A stretch of DNA of 27,879 bases from an uncultured virus (IMG/VR IMGVR_UViG_3300042376_001667) (taxonomy: Duplodnaviria > Heunggongvirae > Uroviricota > Caudoviricetes), in the IMG/VR virus record IMGVR_UViG_3300042376_001667; one strand, 5' to 3'. The notes under the pieces were generated by a model. That model was not told the DNA's origin and did no database searches. It worked only from the letters and a program-made list of their open reading frames with translations. The translations under genes were made by a program, and so were the position numbers. This document shows positions 8,767 through 14,345 of this stretch, in pieces. The stretch's first letter is position 1. Every line of letters starts with the position of its first letter.

Positions 8767-9480
8767 ATGAGCACTATCACAATTGAACAACGAGAGACCA
8801 TTGCCAAGAAACTGGCAGATATGGAACTATCTTTTGGTTTAGGCGATGAAAAATCAGCTTGTTCTGTGGCGGCGATTAATATTGCGCTCAGAGGTAAATT
8901 AAGCGCCGAGATTCCGCCGTGCATGAGCGAAGTAATCGGCCAGTGGATAATTCTCGTACAAGATGGTATGCCTCGTGACATGCGAAACTCCGAAGAATGG
9001 AAATCGCTACTTCCGCTTGCCGCAGGGACCGGCAGAGAAAAGGAAGAAGAGCGCCGAGATGTTGTTCTGGACTGGATGTGGCGTATTGTACTGCCAACTC
9101 TTCAACCGGTAGCTGACAGTAACGGATTTGGCGACATGTGGAAGTATATGATTGCAATGCGTACGTCGTCGAAAATGCCCGAAATAGGAAAGGCAAGGAA
9201 AACTGCACTGCTGCCAGAATTTGTGTTAACTCGGGTTATAGATGCAGCAAAAAGGGCTCAACAAGCCGAGAGATCATCAAGAACAGGTGAAAGCTTCTCG
9301 TATACAGCATCACAGGTAGCGAAAACGACATGGACAGTATCAGAAGCGATAGCTAGATATGCAGTGTTGTGCAAAGAAACATCGGAAGAAGCAATAGTAG
9401 CTGAGAGGGCATCAAAAAAGTCAACATGGGCTCAATTCAATCCGTGCGCTTTGCTGAAAACGCTAATTGAGGTCAAGTGA
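8767..9480 (+). CDS. Hypothetical phage protein, paralog 2
   Basis: AGGAG RBS. Tandem paralog of 8052..8726. Confidence 0.8.
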   Translation: MSTITIEQRETIAKKLADMELSFGLGDEKSACSVAAINIALRGKLSAEIPPCMSEVIGQWIILVQDGMPRDMRNSEEWKSLLPLAAGTGREKEEERRDVVLDWMWRIVLPTLQPVADSNGFGDMWKYMIAMRTSSKMPEIGKARKTALLPEFVLTRVIDAAKRAQQAERSSRTGESFSYTASQVAKTTWTVSEAIARYAVLCKETSEEAIVAERASKKSTWAQFNPCALLKTLIEVK

Positions 9481-9513
9481 TATAGCAAGCTTTAGCAGAT
9501 CAAGGTAAATCTT

Positions 9514-9780
9514 ATGAAGACAGCTAAAATGGATGTAGTTGATTTTGCCTGGCAAATAATTGATATGCAGCGCACAATTAACGAACAAAAACACGAGCTG
9601 ATCCGGCTTGCAGCAATTGAGGAAAAGTATATGAGCCTACTGGATTCGGATATTGAACACAGTCAAACTATGATGCGCAATCTTCTTGAAATATGTGTGA
9701 CGCCTGGGGTTCTTCAAGCTCTCGAGAAAAACCCTAACGATCATTTCAAAACGGTACAGCCTGATGTCACAACACCATAA
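9514..9780 (+). CDS. Hypothetical protein
   Basis: AAGGT RBS. Helical/coiled-coil-like sequence that fits the operon spacing. Confidence 0.6.
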   Translation: MKTAKMDVVDFAWQIIDMQRTINEQKHELIRLAAIEEKYMSLLDSDIEHSQTMMRNLLEICVTPGVLQALEKNPNDHFKTVQPDVTTP

Positions 9781-9792
9781 AAGGAAAATCAA

Positions 9793-9867
9793 ATGAAACT
9801 TGAAGATGCAGTTCTGGGTGCAGTTTGTATCTGCGCTCTTGTTGGGATGGCGCTAGGGTGGATTTGA
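9793..9867 (+). CDS. 24-aa hydrophobic peptide (MKLEDAVLGAVCICALVGMALGWI)
   Basis: AAGGA RBS and a single TM-like stretch. Its stop overlaps TTG 9864 of the next gene. Not in the ORF track. Confidence 0.5.
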   Translation: MKLEDAVLGAVCICALVGMALGWI

Positions 9868-10328
9868 GGAACGTCTTAGTTGCGTTTCTAATGCTTTTAG
9901 GATTTTCAGAGATTCCGCATAAGGAAGATATTCTGAAGCCTGCGCAAGAAGCTTCAATTTCAATAGATGACTTGGACTGTCTTATCAAAAATGCATACCA
10001 TGAGGCTTTTGGAGAAGGTCCTTTAGGTATGGCAGTCGTGACTCAAGTTGTGATAAATAGGGCCCAAAAGACACGTGAATCTCTCTGTGAAACAGTGTTC
10101 AAGTATAAGCAGTTTTCCTGGACACTAGGTCGAGAAAAGACTCTTTCACAAGATTCTTATGAGAGAACAAAAAGTACGGTTCTTGCAGTATACTACGGAT
10201 TTATGGAAATTCCAAGTCATCTTAAAAACGCAACTCACTTCCACACATTGCAAGTAAAGCCCTATTGGAGCAAATCTCTGAAAAGGCTAGGTGTCTTGAA
10301 AAACCATGTTTTCTATGAAGGAGTCTAA
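9858..10328 (+). CDS. SleB-like cell wall hydrolase (Hydrolase_2 family)
   Basis: CL..NAYHEAFGE...G..VV.QVVINR, QFSW, ATHFH...VKPYWS and HVFY motifs. Hydrophobic N-terminus. Start is uncertain (GTG 9858 or TTG 9864). Confidence 0.9.
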   Translation: MDLRNVLVAFLMLLGFSEIPHKEDILKPAQEASISIDDLDCLIKNAYHEAFGEGPLGMAVVTQVVINRAQKTRESLCETVFKYKQFSWTLGREKTLSQDSYERTKSTVLAVYYGFMEIPSHLKNATHFHTLQVKPYWSKSLKRLGVLKNHVFYEGV

Positions 10329-10472
10329 ATGGTAAAGTTCGGAAAATTTGCATGGCCAGTAAATATTGTGAACTATGCGCAGGAAAGCTACATGCGCAAT
10401 CCCGCGTATTACCACATGTCTTTGGAGGAAATCCTCCATAAGTTTTACAGCACTTATAAGAAAGCTGTTTAA
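10329..10472 (+). CDS. 47-aa hypothetical protein (MVKFGKFAWP...YKKAV)
   Basis: AAGGAG RBS, and the ATG directly follows the upstream stop. Not in the ORF track. Confidence 0.55.
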   Translation: MVKFGKFAWPVNIVNYAQESYMRNPAYYHMSLEEILHKFYSTYKKAV

Positions 10473-10541
10473 CCCATTTAGAAGCCATTAGAGATAGTGG
10501 CTTCAATAATGTGTTAATTTTGACACAGACTTTGAAAGGAC
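10468..10541 (+). repeat. 74-bp direct repeat, copy 1 (hairpin plus RBS)
   Basis: 10475-10541 is identical to 10954-11020 over 67 nt. Contains GAAGCCATTA-GAGA-TAGTGGCTTC and ends in AAAGGAC. Confidence 0.95.
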
Positions 10542-10547
10542 TTTGAA

Positions 10548-10946
10548 ATGAAACATTTTCCATTGAGCTTGCCGCAAGAGATCGAGCTTATTGCGCAATT
10601 GCACCTTAGTGGATCGCGGTACTTCGGAACTGCAAAACCTGCTTCTGACTGGGACTTTATTGTAGGTTCTGCGTCCAACGAAGCGATTTTAGCGTTATTT
10701 CGAAAGCACAAAGCCTACCTTATTGGCTCATATGCCATCGAGACTGGAGGCCAAGTTTGGCGTTGGGATTATGAGGCTCAACAAACCCATATCGACTTCC
10801 AGATCGTTCCAAATATAGCTTGGAAGCTCCGAGCGCAAGCTTGGATCAAAGCTATGTTGGATGAAGGGTTTTGCTTTCCAGACTCAAAAGTAAAAAGAAA
10901 TAAGATTTGGGAGGCTGCTTTTAAGGCGTCAGAAGACCACGTTTAA
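10548..10946 (+). CDS. Pol-beta superfamily nucleotidyltransferase (minimal)
   Basis: hGSRxxG....SDWDh motif (LSGSRYFGTAKPASDWDF) and a later IDF strand carrying the third acidic residue. Confidence 0.75.
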   Translation: MKHFPLSLPQEIELIAQLHLSGSRYFGTAKPASDWDFIVGSASNEAILALFRKHKAYLIGSYAIETGGQVWRWDYEAQQTHIDFQIVPNIAWKLRAQAWIKAMLDEGFCFPDSKVKRNKIWEAAFKASEDHV

Positions 10947-11020
10947 TTTAACTCATTTAGAAGCCATTAGAGATAGTGGCTTCAATAATGTGTTAATTTT
11001 GACACAGACTTTGAAAGGAC
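10947..11020 (+). repeat. 74-bp direct repeat, copy 2
   Basis: Matches 10468-10541 with one mismatch. Confidence 0.95.
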
Positions 11021-11026
11021 CTAACT

Positions 11027-11326
11027 ATGTGGTTGCTTATTGATGATGAAAGAAATCTCAAAACAGAAGCCGTCGCAAGAACTGCTGAGGCTGGCAAAAA
11101 GCTTCTGGCATGCGGTGGCTGGGAAGTTGTTTGTTTCGATCATGATCTTGCGACAGAAGGTGAAACAGGTTATGACGTACTTGTCTGGGGTCTTGAAAAA
11201 GGCTACATTCCAAATAAAGTCCAGCTCGTGACTGCCAACCCTGTCGGAAGGTCTAATATGAAGGCTGCGCTTATTGCAGCTGGTTACGAATCTCGTGATA
11301 ACATCAATTTTGTAAAGCGTTATTAA
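11027..11326 (+). CDS. Cyclic-phosphate-processing receiver-domain protein
   Basis: LLIDDER, FDHDL, TGYD and TANPVG...M motifs characteristic of this stand-alone receiver-like family. Confidence 0.8.
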   Translation: MWLLIDDERNLKTEAVARTAEAGKKLLACGGWEVVCFDHDLATEGETGYDVLVWGLEKGYIPNKVQLVTANPVGRSNMKAALIAAGYESRDNINFVKRY

Positions 11327-11335
11327 CCTAAGATA

Positions 11336-11379
11336 TTGCGTAAAACGTAGTATCTTATATGATAAGCAAGGTGCTTATC
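11336..11379 (+). promoter_or_regulatory. Repeated promoter-like motif, copy 2
   Basis: TTGCGT-16nt-TATGAT, with the core at 11350-11366. Followed by the GATAAGCA-AGG-TGCTTATC hairpin. Confidence 0.65.
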
Positions 11380-11406
11380 TAACGCCCAAGTGGGCAAGGA
11401 GGTTCC

Positions 11407-11535
11407 GTGGAAGTAGTTGTAATCGCGGTATTCTCGTTTGGTGTCTTAAGGGTTCTGACAAAGAGTCCTCGGGCTACCATTATGGAACTCTCTGAAGAAG
11501 AGGGTTTCCTTAGTGCTCGCACGCAACCTGTGTAA
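11407..11535 (+). CDS. 42-aa small membrane-anchored protein
   Basis: Strong AAGGAGG RBS before GTG and a hydrophobic N-terminus (MEVVVIAVFSFGVLRVL). Not in the ORF track. Confidence 0.55.
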   Translation: MEVVVIAVFSFGVLRVLTKSPRATIMELSEEEGFLSARTQPV

Positions 11536-11582
11536 GAGCACTCTATCATACCATCCAAAAGGTGGTATGTTATGAGTGTTTT
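11534..11582 (+). other. Long intergenic stem-loop (possible RNase III processing site)
   Basis: AAGAGCACTC...CATACCATC-CAAAA-GGTGGTATG...GAGTGTTTT with an internal loop. Confidence 0.5.
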
Positions 11583-11607
11583 AACATAAACAATGAAAGG
11601 AGCTTTA

Positions 11608-11868
11608 ATGGAAATCTTAGAAATTTTAAAAGAAGAGGCTAAAGCTCAACAAAAAGAAATGGAGCTCAAGGCTAGACATCGGTACCAATACCGACGAGGT
11701 TACAGCAGAACAGTAAGAATTGGAAGCAATACTTTGCAAGCAATTAACTATTTGCAAAGCAGTGGCAGACGACATTTTCTTGTAGAGAAAACGGTTTTCT
11801 ACTTGAATAGCCTTCCGTTTAAGGAAGAAAAGCTTTCTGTGTATTTAGAAACAATGAAAGGAGCCTAA
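11608..11868 (+). CDS. Hypothetical protein
   Basis: AAAGGAG RBS places the start at ATG 11608, not 11593. Confidence 0.65.
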   Translation: MEILEILKEEAKAQQKEMELKARHRYQYRRGYSRTVRIGSNTLQAINYLQSSGRRHFLVEKTVFYLNSLPFKEEKLSVYLETMKGA

Positions 11869-12120
11869 ATGTATAAGCCATTTGTAGTTTTGGAAAACGG
11901 TAAGCCGTGTTGCTACCGTAAGTTCAAGGTTGACAAGAGCTGGAATCGATTTCAGTTCAAGAATGAAGGTGCAGCTTTTTTGTACGCTCTAAATTGGCTT
12001 GGTGCGTATGCCCCGATAGTTGAGAAGCTTGAAGTTGGTAAACCATACTATTATGCCATGAATTCGTATGTAGTAGTCCTTGACAAACGAATAAAAGGAG
12101 CATTAAATGACTTGGTATGA
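11869..12120 (+). CDS. Hypothetical protein
   Basis: AAAGGAG RBS. Abuts the upstream stop. Confidence 0.65.
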   Translation: MYKPFVVLENGKPCCYRKFKVDKSWNRFQFKNEGAAFLYALNWLGAYAPIVEKLEVGKPYYYAMNSYVVVLDKRIKGALNDLV

Positions 12121-12262
12121 CCAAGATTTTGCAAGTGCTGCTTGGCAGGAGTTCGCGAGAATCTTTCCAAGAGAAGCCCAACAATACCGGGACTTTCCCG
12201 GTTTAGGCAAGTGGCTACGCCCAGTTATTGAAGATTTCTTTATGGCCTACGAAGGCCGATAA
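12107..12262 (+). CDS. 51-aa hypothetical protein (MTWYDQDFASAAWQEF...)
   Basis: AAAGGAG RBS in the same context as the two upstream genes. Not in the ORF track. Confidence 0.6.
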   Translation: MTWYDQDFASAAWQEFARIFPREAQQYRDFPGLGKWLRPVIEDFFMAYEGR

Positions 12263-12266
12263 GGAA

Positions 12267-12295
12267 AGACCTGAGCAGGTCTTAAAAAGGCTCAA
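12267..12295 (+). repeat. 29-bp repeat / predicted pseudoknot, copy 1
   Basis: AGACCTGAGCAGGTCTTAAAAAGGCTCAA is identical at 12516-12544. Confidence 0.9.
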
Positions 12296-12322
12296 CGGGT
12301 GTCTTTAACAGGAAAGGTCCTT

Positions 12323-12523
12323 ATGAGACTTTTATGTGAGAGGCCATTGCCCGAAGGGGCAGCGGTTCAGGACAGATTTGTCCTAAAGGGAAAGCAAGTA
12401 GGCTTTCCTGAGCTTCGGTTTGTCCTCGTGAAGAGGATTGGGCCGAGGTTAAGTGTGTCCGGAGACGTACTTGAGAAAGCCAAATTGGCTTTCTTTGAGT
12501 GGTCGAAGGAGGCCGAGACCTGA
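12323..12523 (+). CDS. Hypothetical protein
   Basis: GGAAAGG RBS before ATG 12323. The stop codon lies inside repeat copy 2. Confidence 0.55.
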   Translation: MRLLCERPLPEGAAVQDRFVLKGKQVGFPELRFVLVKRIGPRLSVSGDVLEKAKLAFFEWSKEAET

Positions 12524-12544
12524 GCAGGTCTTAAAAAGGCTCAA
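12516..12544 (+). repeat. 29-bp repeat / predicted pseudoknot, copy 2
   Basis: Identical to 12267-12295. Confidence 0.9.
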
Positions 12545-12560
12545 AAGTGTCCGCATAAAA

Positions 12561-12591
12561 ATGCGGAAAAAGCGGTATCTTATATGATAAG
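12561..12591 (+). promoter_or_regulatory. Repeated promoter-like motif, copy 3
   Basis: ATGCGGAAAAAGCG-GTATCTTATATGATAAG, with the core at 12575-12591. Confidence 0.65.
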
Positions 12592-12920
12592 GAGAAATCC
12601 CTATCAAGCCGGATGCGTAACCGGCAATTTCAATTGAAACTTAGATTCCGGAGTAATTCTCCGGCGTGTTGGTTGCTACGAAAAGCAATGCCTTCGACGG
12701 GAATCGTCGGCCCAGATCATAGAGGGGCGTTAATACTCGTGATGGCAGTTAGCACTGTCTCAATTGCGATGAGCAGCCATGCTAGTGGCCTCATGTCGGA
12801 TTCGTAACCGACACGCTTGGTAGGCTATCCCTTCTACCGCCAAGCTAATGAAATGAAGGAACCCATCTGAAATATGGTGGGACCACTTAAGTACATTATA
12901 AAACGTGTACTTAAGTGGTT
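12590..12920 (+). ncRNA. Putative structured non-coding RNA (unclassified)
   Basis: No RBS-led ORF, about 10 consecutive hairpins, and a long-range helix 12664-12682/12801-12816. Lies directly downstream of promoter-like copy 3. Confidence 0.6.
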
Positions 12921-12967
12921 AGTTGTTAAATTAACCAATCGTGTCTTCAACCAAAGGAGTTACTGAA

Positions 12968-13315
12968 ATGAATACTGTAAAAGAGCTCGTTAGTGCGTTT
13001 GTTTTGTTTGTTAAGATTGCGTTACTGATATTAGTAGCGTTAGTTAGCATTGCATTCTTCTCTGAAGCTAAAGCTCACGGAGCCCCTAAAATGCTGATTT
13101 GCATGGAAACTGCATTTGCAGCCGGAGAAGCGTTTGAAATGAAAGCTTCAAAAAGAAAGCTTGTGTATCCTAAGGTAGACGACTTAATCTTTGCTGCTCT
13201 AATTAAAGTAGCAATGGATAAGGGCTACAAGGCAAAGTCCTATCAAGAAGCGGTTAAAATCGGCCATGATTCATGTGCTGAAAGTAAGCTGTGGGCTGAA
13301 ATTAACTTTGAATGA
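12968..13315 (+). CDS. Hypothetical exported/membrane protein
   Basis: AAGGAG RBS. Long hydrophobic N-terminus ending in AKA-H (signal-peptide-like). Confidence 0.65.
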   Translation: MNTVKELVSAFVLFVKIALLILVALVSIAFFSEAKAHGAPKMLICMETAFAAGEAFEMKASKRKLVYPKVDDLIFAALIKVAMDKGYKAKSYQEAVKIGHDSCAESKLWAEINFE

Positions 13316-13320
13316 AAACT

Positions 13321-13347
13321 GACCTAGGCATGTCCTTAAAAGGCCTA
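13321..13347 (+). repeat. Diverged pseudoknot copy 3
   Basis: GACCTAGGCATGTCCTTAAAAGGCCTA, in which TAGGC/GCCTA replaces TGAGC/GCTCA. Confidence 0.7.
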
Positions 13348-13350
13348 TTT

Positions 13351-13381
13351 TCCTCTGTAGGTATTTTGTATCTACAGAGGA
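13351..13381 (+). other. Intergenic stem-loop (possible RNase III site)
   Basis: TCCTCTGTAGGTA-TTTTG-TATCTACAGAGGA, a 13-bp stem with one GU pair. Confidence 0.5.
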
Positions 13382-13419
13382 GGATTTCCTCCGTCTAACT
13401 CAACTGAAAAGGACTTATC

Positions 13420-13839
13420 ATGAAGAATTCTGAATTGCTCAAGAAGTGTGTTATCAACTTTGTAATTTCCGTCTTTGCATTGATTTCTGTAGCCTCAATT
13501 GTAGCAGTTGCTATGCTACTTGTCAAAGATGCTCAAAGTCAACATCAGATCAGATATCTTGTAGAACAACAAGCCTTCAATAAAAAGCAAATTGCTGCTT
13601 TGACAACAGCTCTATCTGAGACTCGACAACAGGTAGTAGCCGCAAAAGCAGAAACTGCAGCAATTAAGACAGAAGCTACAGTTACAAAGGTTCAGCTCAA
13701 TAATGCCTTGGTACCTCAAGCAACTGTTTCTGAAGCTTTTTATGTGAATGTGAGCGAGCCTGTATCAAGGACTGCAACAGAAGTTTGGAAAAATGTTTCA
13801 GAGTCTTCTCGTAAGGCCTGGAACTATGTCTTCGAATAA
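13420..13839 (+). CDS. Membrane-anchored coiled-coil protein
   Basis: AAAGGA RBS. N-terminal TM helix followed by an Ala/Gln-rich coiled coil. Confidence 0.7.
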   Translation: MKNSELLKKCVINFVISVFALISVASIVAVAMLLVKDAQSQHQIRYLVEQQAFNKKQIAALTTALSETRQQVVAAKAETAAIKTEATVTKVQLNNALVPQATVSEAFYVNVSEPVSRTATEVWKNVSESSRKAWNYVFE

Positions 13840-14110
13840 AAAGTCTTCGAATAAAAAGTCTTCTTTCGTTTCTTCGCTATGGAAATTCCTGACGGGAGAA
13901 AGACCAGGCCCGTCAGGACTTGAAGTAGCAATGTGTTTATATAAGACAAATAAGGCAATAGCAAGTGTAGAGAAACTTTATGCGAAACAAGAGAATATAG
14001 AATTAAATCAAAACAAAATTAAGGCTCTTAGGAGTCGGTTAGATAAAATGAGTATTCATGACAGTGAATACAAAAAACTATCGAGGAAATTCGATAGATT
14101 GACGAAATGA
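13826..14110 (+). CDS. Hypothetical basic protein
   Basis: Likely start ATG 13826. N-terminal SSNKK x2 is encoded by a 15-bp tandem repeat. Confidence 0.55.
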   Translation: MSSNKKSSNKKSSFVSSLWKFLTGERPGPSGLEVAMCLYKTNKAIASVEKLYAKQENIELNQNKIKALRSRLDKMSIHDSEYKKLSRKFDRLTK

Positions 14111-14166
14111 CATCTCCCTTCGGGGAGATGTCTTAACTAGCTTTTCTTCTTTTTTTTTTTTTATTT
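14109..14166 (+). terminator. Terminator ending the early region
   Basis: GACATCTCCC-TTCG-GGGAGATGTC, then after a short spacer a T-rich tract including T13 (14150-14162). Confidence 0.7.
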
Positions 14167-14204
14167 CGCTCCAGTTGGACACTCATCAACAACTAGGAGC
14201 AATA

Positions 14205-14345
14205 ATGTTATTATACCAACTGTTAGGAATCTTTTTAATACTTTTTAGAATTACCCTAATAGTTGGATTTAATTTTATCGCTATTTGGTTTTTGATACAC
14301 GCAGCACCATTTTTGTTCAAGCTGCTTTTCTGGGAATTTTTATGA
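14205..14345 (+). CDS. 46-aa hydrophobic protein coupled to the RNAP gene
   Basis: AGGAG RBS. Sequence MLLYQLLGIFLILFRITLIVGFNFIAIWFLIHAAPFLFKLLFWEFL. Its stop overlaps the RNAP ATG (ATGA). Not in the ORF track. Confidence 0.55.
   Translation: MLLYQLLGIFLILFRITLIVGFNFIAIWFLIHAAPFLFKLLFWEFL

Noticed and set aside
12613..12807. 64-aa ORF in the structured region
   Set aside because: The ATG sits in a hairpin loop, the nearest AGGAG is too far upstream and paired, and the dense base pairing explains the region better.
12844..12880. Second hammerhead (CTAATGA...GAAA)
   Set aside because: The core deviates from consensus, and no convincing stems I/III or cleavage triplet could be built.
12590..12890. 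CsrA/RsmA sponge interpretation from GGA triplets
   Set aside because: The GGA count is not clearly above chance and most are in stems rather than ANGGA loops.
10468..13347. CRISPR array interpretation of the repeats
   Set aside because: Only 2-3 copies each, separated by whole genes rather than uniform spacers, and no cas genes are present.
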